A stretch of 56,360 nucleotides of DNA, filler included, from Dugesia japonica (GCA_001938525.1; 4 parts of 4 records of this genome joined end to end with filler, not necessarily neighbours in it), one strand, 5' to 3'. Shown: positions 1 through 12,089, counted from the whole stretch's first letter. Notes: generated by a model from the sequence alone, not told the origin. Made by a program: numbers and translations.

Positions 1-592
1 AAAAAGATATTTGGTTGAAAATCAGAAATTTGATAATTTTACAAATTATAATAAAAATTGAAAATTTTAATATACATTGTAAATTAAAAATTTTATTTTT
101 AACACATTGTAAATTTCATATTCGCTTTCTGTACAAAAATAAATTTTAAAATTTATTTTACAAATTATTTTAATGATTCAATTTAAATATTTAACAAATC
201 TGATTTTATTAAATTCCTTTTCAAAATACAAAAAATTTAAATCTACTTTTAAAAACTATTTTACATATGTAACCCTCTTTGGGTTAGCCTAAGACCATCA
301 TCGTTGAATTCAAGAGTTTTTATTTCCATGAAGTATTTATTAAAAAAATAAAAGATAAAGATGTAAATTTGATTTTTCCAACAAATTAAATAAGCTAAAC
401 AATTTGAGACCGAACTTCGAAATTTATAATACAAATTAAATTTTCTATTATTAAATTTAACAATTCCTTTGTATCTTTAAATTTTATTCAAAAAATTTTA
501 TCTTATTTATTTTAAAATATTTTAAAATTAAACATTTTTTTAACTAAAAAAAAGAAAAAGCTTCGATCAAAATAAAATGTATTTGTAAAGAA

Positions 593-626
593 ATTCAAAT
601 TTTCGACACTTGTCTTCTTCAGGAAT
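593..626 (-). ncRNA. Minimal type I hammerhead ribozyme motif (PLE family A)
   Basis: AUUC-CUGAAGA-A-GAC(AAGU)GUC-GAAA-AUU-U-GAAU: stem I AUUC/GAAU, stem II GAC/GUC. Confidence 0.6.
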
Positions 627-1649
627 GATAACTTTTTGATAGATTTAAAATGACGATAGATATTTGCTACAAAATTCTTAATCTTTTATCGAGATTTTAT
701 TGGTCTATTTAAATTATATTTTATTTTAAATTAAATCTTCAAAAAATCCTTTTTAATTAAATTTAATTGAAAATCTCTTAAATGTTTTAAAAAAATTAAT
801 TAATGGATTATAGTATTAAAATATGTAGATATGTATTTTATTAATATTAAAATTTTACAATATATTGTTTTACTATTTTGTTTACAAATTTTTTTCTATT
901 AAAATTGTTTAATTATTTTAATTATTAAGAATCTTTGAAAAAAGTTTATTTTTTGAAAACTTTTAATTATTTAAAATCTTTAAAAATGTTAATTATTGAA
1001 AATCACGTTAATCTCAGGTTTCTCCTCTTTAATTTATATTTGTTCATGTTTTTTTTCTGTGAAGTGTAGAAATGTAGCCTGTTCGTAATGTTTTCCAGGT
1101 AATATGATGATTTTCTGGTAAAACATTATGTTGGTTTTGAAAGTGTTTGAAGACTTCACTTTATTTCTGTTTGAGATGTTCTTTAATTCTTGTACGGATG
1201 GTTCTGCATGATTCTCATATATATCCTTACATAAGGTGCATGTTATTTTGTAAGTGATATTATTTTTATTGCGTATATTTATTTTAATATATTATTAATA
1301 TATTATTACTTTTTTTCAATAATTCACATTTTCAAAGATTTTAAGTAAAAACAATAATTAAAAGTTTTCAAAAAATAAACTTTTTTCAAAGATTTTTAAT
1401 AATTAAAAAAATTTAATAGAAAAAAATTTGTAAAAAAATTACAGTTTTAATATTGCAAAATTTTAATATTAATAAAATACATATCTAAATATTTTAATAC
1501 TATAATGCATTAATTGATTTTTTTAAAAACATTCTTTAAATTTTATCGAAATTTTATTGGTTTATTTTTTTTAACTTTTAATTTTAATTAAAATTTAAAG
1601 AATTTAGTAACAAAGATCTTTTGTATTGAATATCTCAAGAAGCCAACAT

Positions 1650-1683
1650 GTTTCTGAAGAAGACTATTGTCGAAAATTTGAAC
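1650..1683 (+). ncRNA. Minimal type I hammerhead ribozyme motif (PLE family A)
   Basis: GUUU-CUGAAGA-A-GAC(UAUU)GUC-GAAA-AUU-U-GAAC. Stem I shows a compensatory change relative to the 593-626 copy. Confidence 0.6.
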
Positions 1684-1814
1684 TTTTTTACAAANNNNNN
1701 NNNNNNNNNNNNNNNNNNNNNNNNNNNNNNNNNNNNNNNNNNNNTAATGAAATCTCAAATGCGATCAATGGTTAAGTCCAACAATTATTCTCACAATAAT
1801 TGTAATTATAAAAT

Positions 1815-2330
1815 TATAGGCAAGTGTGAATAATTTACAGCAGTTAAATTAATTCTTGGTATAAATACACGTTTTTCAGAATAACCATTTATATCACTAA
1901 CAATTAAATACTTTGAAAATCCACGACAGTTTTGTTCCGTTGCATAGTCTTAAAATTATTCAGTATATTTTAAAATCTATCTGTATGGTGGTACACCACT
2001 TGCTTTGATAGTATTTAAGAATTTAATGGGATGAAAATCTCCATTCTCTTTCGCACAAAGAGTTTGAACTTGAAAATATCAAATTTTACGAAGATAAGTC
2101 CAAACTTTTATTAATCTCGTCAATAATATCATTTATCGTAGTTAAAATTGTCGATTCAGTGAGTATCTGTATTTAAAATTTCACGCATAAGTTAATCTTC
2201 TTGGGTTGTTAGATTTTCATGTTCCATTTTGATTTTTTATTTTATCTATCTCCCTCAACTATTACTTTCAATAAGAATGCTTCTCTTACTAACCTGCCAA
2301 CTACTGTTTCCAGTATTTTTCTGAACCCTC
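1815..2330 (-). mobile_element. Helitron PIF1-like helicase relic
   Basis: Decayed motifs TILTTINDIIDEIN, HPIKFLNTIKASGVPP, LCNGTKL and VFIPRINL correspond to Helitron RepHel helicase motifs (AILAPKN, YPxEFLNxxxxSGLPP, LCNGTRL, VLIPRI). Confidence 0.7.
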
Positions 2331-2338
2331 TACTATTT

Positions 2339-2590
2339 TACAATTGCAATTATTGCGAGAATAATTGTTGGACGGTTCCGTTGATCGTTTTTCAGAATTC
2401 ATTTAAAATAAAAGCTTCGATCAAAATTATTTTTCTTTGGTTTTTGATAACAATTCTATATTTCGACTTTGTCTTCGTCAGGAATTGACTTTTTCTGAAT
2501 TGACAATTCCTAACAAAGACAGTCGAAATATAGAATCGTTATCAAAAACCAAAACAATAATTTTGATCGAAGCTTTTATTTTGCATGACA
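2339..2590 (-). mobile_element. Miniature fold-back PLE insertion with 10-bp TSD
   Basis: Inverted arms about 2400-2488 and 2504-2587, PLE 3' tail at 2339-2400, TSD TCTACTATTT at 2329-2338 and 2591-2600. Confidence 0.75.
2451..2487 (-). ncRNA. Minimal type I hammerhead ribozyme (best-preserved family A copy)
   Basis: CAAUUC-CUGACGA-A-GAC(AAA)GUC-GAAA-UA-U-A-GAAUUG: 6-bp stem I, intact core, palindromic AUAU stem III, AUA cleavage triplet. Confidence 0.7.
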
Positions 2591-4382
2591 TCTACTATTT
2601 CTTTTCATAACTTCAAATAATCAAAAAAAACAAAGTAAAAACCACCCTAGCAGTTATAGTATAAACAAATTAAAAATATAGTTTACTTAAAATTCAAAAA
2701 TTTATAACTATTATACAATATAATAAAAAAAACGTCATAATTTTCTTCATTCTTTTTATATTTTAATGATATATAAGAAATCAATTAATAAATTTGAAGA
2801 AAAAGGTTTTACCTAAACTCCCAAAAATCCAATTTATGAAACATGAATTTGTTTGTTATTTTTTTTGTTACTTTCTTACAACCCCTACATTATTATTATT
2901 ATTANNNNNNNNNNNNNNNNNNNNNNNNNNNNNNNNNNNNNNNNNNNNNNNNNNNNNNNATTATTATTATTATTATTATATTTCAGAAAAGTCTTGGCGT
3001 TTCTATACCTATTCATCAATATATGCGATTAAATAGAGAAATATTGATAATATTTAATCAAATGCTTCAAGCAATGCTTTCTAATCCCGCAAAATTCAAT
3101 CAGCTTTTTACCGATTACGTTTTAAATGGTTGGTTTTGTCTTAGTGATGTTGTGTAATTTAAAATATGTCAGACTAATTTCATTGCAGTCATTATACTTA
3201 AAATAGTTTTAAATTCTTAAATGAGATTAGATTTAAAAATAACTCACTATTTTTTTGAATTACTCTTGGTATGCACGTAAAAATTGTTTATACTAAATTT
3301 TTCTATTCAATTTCTTCAACTTTAATTAAGATTTCTAAGTAATTTAATTTTTTATATTATGTTTAAATTATGTTCTTTTTTATACATTCTAAATTTCTAG
3401 TAAATTGAAATTATAATAAAATAAAGTTTAAACGAAATATAAGAAGAAAATATATGGCCAAAATATAAGAAAGCTTTATTATATTTTTTGCATTTTAAAA
3501 TCACAAACTATATTTATATTTCTAAATCAAATAAAATTAAAATTTATTATTCTACATTTCTTATCCTCATTTGCAAAAATTTTAATTTCTCAATATTTCT
3601 TACGTACATAAGAATTTATCCGTTTTACTATTTCCTTTTTGTACTTCAAAAAAATATAAATACTTCAAAAATTTATAAAACCAATTTTTTGTACCATGAA
3701 CTTTTTCAAAACGCTTGTATCTTAATTTGAAAAAGAACATTTTTCTAAAATTGTTAAGAGCACTTTTAAATCGAGTAATCGATAACCATTTCAAGATTCT
3801 CATCATGCTTAGAACGTCTATTGAATTTTAAATGATAAATTAATAAAAAATCTATTCTTTTTCGTTTAATTGATTAAATATTTATGGTTAATTATGACAA
3901 TTTTAATGATAATTTTTTTTAGTGTATGCTCCAGCGGACGATGTCAGTCTAGATATGTCATTAGAAATTATATAAATTTCTCATCTATAAAATCATTGCC
4001 GTTATTTTCTGCCTGTGTAAATTAATCGTTTGCATGTATTATGAATTTATTGATAAAGTAATATAATGAATTACCTCATTACGTCATGTCCAACTTTAAT
4101 GTTGTACTTAATATGATCACATTCTAGTTCAGATTGATATTATAAATTATTTTTCAATTTTTTGTTATTGACTGTATAATGAATGTTTTGAGTTGAAAGA
4201 AGTAATGTTTGATTTATACTCGTGAGAACTATTTTCGTTGTATTTTAAAGTAAATGCTTAAATTTATTTTTTAATAATTGATCAACTAGAAAATTATATT
4301 GTTTTACAAAAACAAATAACTATTTACTGTCAAACAATAAGTAGTTTGATTGTAGCATAATTTAGTGAGAAATATTTGGAAT

Positions 4383-5036
4383 TCACCATGGTTTATTTGA
4401 ATTAAAATGATACGAATCGTTGTTAGAAAATGAGAGATTAGGAAATTCTGATGGGTATATATTACCAGATTCTGAAATAATGGGTAGTAATTGTTCAGTA
4501 CTTGTGAATATCGATGGAAACACTAAAGATGATTCAGATTTATTTATAGAATCCAAATCAGGAATGAGTGATGGCGCCCTTAAATCAGAAATGTTAATGT
4601 TATAGTTATATCTTGACTGTAAATGTTGATAATATTGAGACATGCTAGGACAATCCATGGTTACACTAGAAGAAATACTTTCCTTTAACTGAGATTCATT
4701 AGACTTCTCTGTAAACTTTCCCGGTAAAATTGCTTTTGAAAATGCAAATGACATTTCATTTTGATCTTCTATTTTTACTTGAGATGAATTTTCTGGCACG
4801 ATTTCAGTGTTTTTTATTATTGGTGGTGATACACTAAGTCCTGAAGTTTTCGATTGTTGATTTTGAAATAAATTGCAAACATTATGTCTATTATCACAAT
4901 GATCTGTACTTGCTCCACTTTCTGCTGGACTATGAATTGTACTCATTCCTGTTATTTCGCGTTTTTGTTGATCCTTTTCAATATCTTTTTGAGATCTTTT
5001 GCATTTGTAACGGTGGTTTTGAAACCAAATTTTCAC
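4383..5036 (-). CDS. nkx2.1: NK2.1-type homeobox gene, coding exon 3 (recognition helix and C-terminus)
   Basis: Acceptor TTCAAG at 5037, then VKIWFQNHRYKCKR with the NK2-diagnostic Tyr54. Open to TGA at 4383. Spliced CDS 229+278+654=1161 nt (386 aa). Confidence 0.93.
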   Translation of the reverse strand: MKIWFQNHRYKCKRSQKDIEKDQQKREITGMSTIHSPAESGASTDHCDNRHNVCNLFQNQQSKTSGLSVSPPIIKNTEIVPENSSQVKIEDQNEMSFAFSKAILPGKFTEKSNESQLKESISSSVTMDCPSMSQYYQHLQSRYNYNINISDLRAPSLIPDLDSINKSESSLVFPSIFTSTEQLLPIISESGNIYPSEFPNLSFSNNDSYHFNSNKPW

Positions 5037-5289
5037 CTTGAATTAAAATTAAATAAGATTACAATTTAGTAAAAAGAATTAAATGTTTTACATTAAAGTA
5101 TAGAAAGTACAGAAAGTATAGAAGTACTGTATGGAAATAATAGAAATGCTTATTTAAAAGATTTTTATTTCTTTATCTGTAATTCGAAATTATTTGGTGA
5201 AAATGGATGTATTAATGCTTTATAACAACTATTTATCATATGAATTGTTGGAGATATTCTTATTTTTCTGAAATTCTATAATATTTAAG

Positions 5290-6040
5290 GATCTAAGTTT
5301 TTGATAGATCCAACAAACCCAAGTATTGCTAGAAATTGAATATTAAAATTGATACTAAAGAAAGGTTCTTAATTTCTCTGATTCATTAAAAAATCCTGAT
5401 GTAAGATCAGATTGGCGAGTAGTTTGTATCAGGCACTATGAAAGAAAAAAGCTTAACTGCTATAAACATCTTTTCCAAAATATATTTCTGAATAGTCTTT
5501 AAATGGCGCTTGTCTTATTTATCTAATTTCCTGGTTACTATTTGTGGTTTAAATAAAATGGACTGTAATATTATAACAATTATAATTATAGTTGACTTGG
5601 ATTATTGACAAAGACAGTTTAAAGAATGTTTTAAAAAAAGTCTCATTGGAAAATTATAACAAAGATTTAATGTTTTTGTTCAGAATTATCTCTTATAAAA
5701 AAAAATAAAATTCGTAAATTTATTAAGTATTTTGAAGATATGTAAAGCATGAATTTATTTAATGATTTTAAATTAGAGATATATAAGGCTTTAAAATTTA
5801 GTGTGAACAAAAAGTAGACTATAACCATGAATTTATTCAACCTAACTATTGAAAATGTATAAAAATGTAGGTCAATATAAAAATTTCTTTTCACTCTCTA
5901 AATTGATCATTTTTTCAAAAAGAAATTTTATGCTATTTAAAAATCTAAGTTTTAGATAGATCCTTAAACCCAAGGATAACCAGAAATTGAATATTGTAAC
6001 AGTTACTAAAGAAAGGTTCTTAATTTATCTTATTTGTAAG
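5290..6040 (+). repeat. About 95-bp imperfect direct repeat (about 5290-5385 and 5942-6035) in nkx2.1 intron 2
   Basis: Shared ATCTAAGTTTT..GATAGATCC..AAACCCAAG..AGAAATTGAATATT..TACTAAAGAAAGGTTCTTAATTT. Confidence 0.7.
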
Positions 6041-8232
6041 AAATGCTAATTGTACACTTCGTGTTATTGAAATCGATTAAAATAAAAGTTTTGTTTAAAA
6101 TAATGAANTATCTTTTTTTAGCTGAGAAAAGTATCGAAAATAATCAGAATCACATTATCCTATTTATATTTAGGGAGTGGGAGCAAATTACCCTACTGTT
6201 TCAAGTGACATCTTTAGGCTCAGCTAGTGCTGGACCAAAAGGGGGATAACGACCCGGGGTACTAAAACCTTTTTGTAAAATCAAGTAGCTTAAATACTTA
6301 GAAAAAGTTTGATTTGCCCATGATATCAATTTTTTACATATTAAACGGTTTTATCAAATCAGTTAAGTTATAGCTAAAATGACATAAAACAGCAAAACAT
6401 CAATTTTTTCATGTTTTCTAAAAAAAAATTCATTTGATATAATATGGATATATTATGATGTTTTAACATTATAATATTATCCAAAATTTAAGAAATTTTG
6501 ATGTTTTCAGTTGAAATTTACTTAAGTTTGAAATACATTACTGAAATTCATATATCACCTTTAGAAAATGGCTAATGAACGAGGATGGGTGCCAAAACGA
6601 GCTTGTCGGGAGAGCCAGTCCAGCGCATGAATAAAAGTGGAAACAGAAATAATTGTTTCATTAAAAGCTTATCAAACAATTTTCAACACATTTTATATAT
6701 GCATTGAAGAAAGAATTTATTTAAATTAGAGAAAATAAGATAATTGTTGAATATTTGGATTGAATACAGGAACTTTATTAAATAAATTAAAGTCTTAGCT
6801 TCAATTTGTAGCTGAGATATGTTCGTATTTAACAGTTCATATTTAAGAAGATCAAATATTTCAATAAAAATAAAAAATCCCATTGACATTGAGAAATTTC
6901 CATTTTATAATTAATACTTATAATAAATTATAATTTAATATTTAACAAATTAATTAATAAATTGTATTTATAATAATTAAAAACCAATTTATATTTTCTG
7001 ATAATGATAAATAAAATACTACTTGAACACATTTTACATCACTGTAAATTATTATTTTAATGTGTAATTTAAGTGAAATGTTAACTTTATTTTTCTACAA
7101 TAAGCACTTAAATGCAAACCATTTTATAGAAAAATAAAAAATTAAGCCTGTCATTGTAATTCATTGAATTTCGTATGTAGTGACTTACTGTTAACACCTG
7201 TTTAGACATAAGGGAAAATAACTCTTGATAAGCTTTGTAATCGTGTGTAATCAATTCACACAATCTCTAAACATAGAATTGATTTGAGTTTTTTTTAATT
7301 TCAGGCAACTTCAGCTTGCTCTTAATTATTAATGTAATATTTGAAAAATCAAGCGAAAATATACTTGTATTTTTTTATATTTGTTTACCGTATTTGAAAC
7401 AAAAATATGATAATTAATATTAATGAATAAGTTGAAACCAGATATAAAAATTTAAAAATGTGCTATTTTACTAACTGAATTTAAATTTTTTTTAAATTTC
7501 TGAATTTTATTATTTTTTTACAATTTCTTAGTTTTTAACAAGAACAAAGATTTTAATTATTTTGGTGATGTATATTGTTGATAATATAGTTTTATTCTAG
7601 AAACAGAAAATATTTTGAAAGTAAATTTAAAAATGAGTTTTTCATCATATGTAATATTATCTTTAAACTGAATTTAAATGAATTTAGTGATTATTTAATA
7701 ATTATTACAAAATAAGGATAAAAAATAAAAAAAACTCCAAGCATAACTTTTGACGAAAACAATTTCATTAATTTTTGATTCTGTTTTTTAAAAAAAATGA
7801 CAAAAAGTATTTGGTTTTAGTCAATATTACCTAAATTATATAAAACCCAAATAATAGTATATTAGTTTATGGAATTTATAATTGATATAACATTTTTAAA
7901 TAAACATTTGAAGTAACATTTTAAACTTTAAATTTTATCTAGAAAACTATTTTCTGAGTTTTAATAACTAAATAATGCAATGGTAATAATTCAATGATGT
8001 TAATTTTATGGTAGTAATTTTATACTGATGTCTCCAGAAAAAAATTGTTCTTTTGGATATATAGATTTTCTTTGAATAAAATTACAAGTAAATAATAATC
8101 CATATTAATGATATCAAAAAAATTGTAAGTTTCAATAAATGTTAATTATCAAAGTAAAGAAATTAATAAAAGTGCATGAACAGTTTGAATACATTGATTT
8201 GCAATAAATCATGTGAAAAAAAATTTATTTAC

Positions 8233-8510
8233 TTGAGTGGGTGTTAAATTGATAAGTGATGCCAGATGTTCTCGTTCGGGTGCGGACAAATACTTTTGCT
8301 GTTTAAATCGTCTTTCTAATTCATAAACTTGGGCCTGACTGAACAATATACGTCTGCGACGTCTTTGAGAATGACTTTGATAAAGCATTCCGTTTATTGG
8401 AGAATTACCTGAAAACAAGTTGCTAGATCTGTCGTATCGACTTGATGGGAAAAAAGGTGACATCAAATTGCATGGATTGTAAGTTGGACCGGATGATGTA
8501 TCTGAAGCAC
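8233..8510 (-). CDS. nkx2.1: NK2.1-type homeobox gene, coding exon 2 (homeodomain helices 1-2)
   Basis: Encodes [44 protein letters not shown], nearly identical to Nkx2.1/scro homeodomains. Phase-0 donor GTAAAT at 8232. Confidence 0.93.
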
Positions 8511-8568
8511 CTATTAGTTTTGATACTGAAATTATTAAATTAATTACAAAAACTCTTTAAGTTTTTAC

Positions 8569-8797
8569 CTGCTGATCTTGTATCTGTATTGATTCCTGCT
8601 GACATATTGCAGCACCAATTTGTTGGATTAGATGAATAGCCAGGTACATTAAATGGGCGAGGTTCAGTAGAATACAATCCTGCAATATCAGCACCATAGT
8701 ATGCATTAGAAAATGATGAGCATGATATTAATGAAGGCCCAAATGATCGATAAGACGAGTAAGAGCCATCAGTACTACAAGAAGGCTGCAAAGACAT
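8569..8797 (-). CDS. nkx2.1: NK2.1/scarecrow-type homeobox transcription factor, coding exon 1
   Basis: ATG at 8797 with an in-frame TAG two codons upstream. Reads MSLQPSCSTDG...TDTRSA and ends at a phase-1 donor GTAAAA (8568). The 58-nt intron 8568-8511 ends in TAATAG and joins in frame to exon 2. Confidence 0.75.
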
Positions 8798-8799
8798 TG

Positions 8800-9600
8800 G
8801 CTAGTTCAAGTGACCCACTCGGTTCAAAATTGCTTGAATTAGGTGCAAATATAAGAAATTCAAAATCGGTGTCAATTGTTATTTGGAGATGTTTTGAAAA
8901 TTCTGACAAGTGTATATTTAAAAATGTTCAGTTGTGGAGAATAGCTTGTTGCTGGAAGGCTTACTATATTGATGTGGTACTTGTGATCCACTTAGAAGTG
9001 TCTGAGTCGATCCAGTGATGGTTGTTGAAACTGAGTGAAGAGTGCTCAAACGCTGATGAAGAATACTCACTGCGAAAACTGAGAGAATCCAGCATCGAAC
9101 TCTGTTAAAAACCAACTCTACAGCAAATGTCGAATTAGTGTGCTGTTGGCATGGTACCGATGATTTGTTTCTAAGTCTTTAACCAATCACAAAATAGATA
9201 TTGATAGACTACAATTACAGCCACTTGAAAAATCAGTCTAAATAAGCATTCTGTGCGATAATCGATTATGATTGGTTGCAAACCACTTGAGCGTTGAGTG
9301 AAGTTATAAAGTCCCATTGGGTATAGATTACTTCATTAAGATAGTTTCTTTTAATGAATTATATTTGCAATTTAGTGTGTCACGATAAATCAATAATTTT
9401 AATAACAATATTTTTTTTATTGAAATCTGTCAAAATAGAAAATAAACAATAGAAATATTGATTATATAAATTTTATATAATGAAATATTACAAAAATGGC
9501 ATAAANNCATTAATTTAAAACAAATATAAATTCATTTTTGTTTTCTATGTGCACAATCTTAGTACTGATGCGTATTATTAAAAAGTTGTCAACAACCACT
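8800..9600 (-). promoter_or_regulatory. Probable 5' leader/promoter of nkx2.1 with clustered NK2-binding elements and CCAAT boxes
   Basis: TCAAGTG/CACTTGA at 8806, 9222 and 9284; TTGAGTG at 9294; CACTCGA at about 9597; CCAAT/ATTGG at 9183 and 9271. Repeat-free and less AT-rich than its flanks. TSS not determinable. Confidence 0.45.
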
Positions 9601-10990
9601 CGAGAATCTAGAATCTCTGATCTAGGAAAACTGTTTCTTATCATCATGCAATGATTTCTCTACACATGATTAATTTTAATCAACAAAATTTACAGTTGGA
9701 TTACAATCAGAATTGTTCTTTATTTAGTGTAACATTTACCACATTAAAAAGAAACAGTTTTGTTTCTTTTAATGTGCCTACATAAAAAATATCTTTAATC
9801 AATGTAAAATCAATTATTTGATTTATTTATTTTTCCGCTGATATTTTACACAACCGATAAATATTGTATTTATTAAAGTCGCTTTCTCATTTACATCTCG
9901 TCGATAGAAATTTGTTTTAATTCTATCCCACTGCCTATAGAAATAAGCTTTTGTGTTGACGCTCTGGAGTAGCTCTTGAAATCATGCCAGCAGTTATGGT
10001 TTATCAATAGCAAATTGCAGAAGAGCCCATTGAGAACAGCTGTGAGGATGTGAATATTTTAAATAGAGAACCCACCTCATTTATTCATTAGCAGTATTTT
10101 ATCAAGAGCATTTTTTATTACTAAGAGTTTAAGACTCCAATTAAAAATCGGTATCAATCTTACTTTCCCACTTAATTTTTCAATCGATTTTCATTATTTA
10201 TAATTTATTCATCAACAATATATAGAAATAAATTTAACAAAATTAAGTTGAAACATTTTTTCTTTTTAGAAAAGAAATTATTATTGTCACAATTGACAAT
10301 TTCTTCAAGTAATCTTCAAAATATTGTGTGCCTGCATGTTTGTATGAAAGTTTAATTTTAGGAGAACCAAATCAGAGCTGATGAGTGTTTATCTACCACT
10401 TCAGAGATCTGTCTAAGAGGCAGGATTGATGAATTCTAATTCTAATGAGACCGAATCAATCGTGCAGTGACAGCGGTTTTTAGTCGAATGTTACAGCAAA
10501 TAATTGAACAAACATAGTCTGGGTAACTGCTCTCAAATTACCAATGGTATTGAGAGTTTGATCATGTTTTGACAATAATATTAAATTTGAAAAAAATAAT
10601 ATATATGAAATATATTTTTCCCAATATCAATCAATTTTATGATTTTACGTTTCTAAGAGTACAATTTGTTGTAAATGAATACAACTCAATATTTTTGTAT
10701 TGATTATGTATTTTCATGATCAATAATTTTTTTCTTTAAATATTTTAAAGATCAAAAATTTTTTATAAAAAAATTAATTACTAAAAAAATCTTGAAAGAG
10801 CTCTTGAAAAAAATTCCATAGTTAATTTCATCAATTATTTCACTTGATTTCGAGTGGCCTTCTAATGCGAACATGACAGTTTAGCATTAGTACTATGTGA
10901 TAGATTGAATTAAGCTCTGAAGAATTGTGGACTACTTAACAAAATTAAATGAAATACTTAATCGTTTTATTTGGAAATATCCATAAATTC

Positions 10991-11026
<36 letters not shown>

Positions 11027-11065
11027 AAACATATCGAATAAATTGCTTCGATCTATATAAAATAA

Positions 11066-11165
11066 NNNNNNNNNNNNNNNNNNNNNNNNNNNNNNNNNNN
11101 NNNNNNNNNTTAATTAATTAANNNNNNNNNNNNNNNNNNNNNNNNNNNNNNNNNNNNNNNNNNNN
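11066..11165. other. Artificial scaffolding spacer 44N-TTAATTAATTAA-44N
   Basis: Exactly 100 bp, stops in all six frames, identical at three places in the window. Confidence 0.95.
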
Positions 11166-11252
11166 ATTTATTTTAATCTTATTTTATTGGATTGATTACG
11201 TAACAAGTTTTATTGGCCAGTATATAAACAATTTCCTTCGTATTTTGCCGCA

Positions 11253-11300
11253 GTAACTGATGCTGGACATGTATTTGGATTTGTCCGAAACATGTATTAC
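11253..11300 (+). ncRNA. Minimal type I hammerhead motif (PLE pLTR family B), A9 substituted
   Basis: GUAA-CUGAUGC-U-GGACA(12-nt loop)UGUCC-GAAAC-AU-GU-A-UUAC, with palindromic ACAUGU stem III. Flanks are homologous to 20670-20790 inverted. Confidence 0.6.
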
Positions 11301-12089
11301 GAATAAATGTTTTTTTAAAATTGCGTTTTTTCATTTTATTTATATCAATGCAATTCGTTCAATATGTTTTTGAATATAATATAAATAATATAAATGTTGT
11401 AAAAACAGCTTAATAATAAATTGTGGATAGTTAATCTNNNNNNNNNATTTTTATTGAAAGAATTTAAAAAGACTGAAAACATTTTTAAGAAAAAAACATT
11501 CTAAACAATCAAGATAAAGAAGCAGTACTATTTTTAATTAGAAATAAATTTATTCTAAAATATAAAGATAATAGTAAGAATAATACAATGGCGCAAAGAT
11601 TTAAAATGCTTAAAAATAGAATAGTTCTCCAGGACATATCATATCAATTACAGAAATATCAATTTGAATTATAGCATAAAAATTATTAGATTTAAATTTT
11701 CCTATACAAAAAAAGTTATCAGCTGACATATTACTGGTAAAAGAATTTGCAAGAATAAATCGAGACAAATATGTACACAAAGATAAAGATTAAATATTAT
11801 TGTTTATATTAAAAACTTAATATAAATAATGAGTTTTTCAATTACAAAGGTTACATCAAATGCAAAAGTGAAATTAACGTTTAATGTAATTCTTTATAAA
11901 TGGATTATAGAAGTATTATAAACATTAATGGCATTTTGTCAAATATATCCATTAGTATTTTCATAGAGAGAAAAACTTTCAGAATTTGCAATAATCGAAA
12001 TTAATGTATATACTAAAACAAACTTATAAGTAATATTGAGTAGTAATAAGTGAATTTCATTTGTTTTAAATAATAGAAATGAAGCTCAT

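Larger units (their letters stand above)
545..1815 (-). mobile_element. 5'-truncated Penelope-like retroelement (PLE): GIY-YIG endonuclease relic flanked by inverted pseudo-LTR copies
   Basis: Minus strand about 1275-990 reads NITYKITCTLCKDIY..ESCRTIRTRIKEHLKQK*SEVFKHF...EKPEINVIFNN (GIY-YIG). Segments about 590-990 and 1330-1690 are inverted copies of each other, each carrying a hammerhead motif. Confidence 0.8.

Noticed and set aside
6170-6650. GC-richer block in nkx2.1 intron resembling a DNA-transposon end
   Set aside because: No matching TIR or TSD; cannot distinguish repeat from enhancer.
8713-9018. 101-aa plus-strand ORF
   Set aside because: Antisense to nkx2.1 exon 1/leader with no recognisable domain.
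10378-10410. CTGATGAG hammerhead-like core
   Set aside because: No stem II or GAAA follows.
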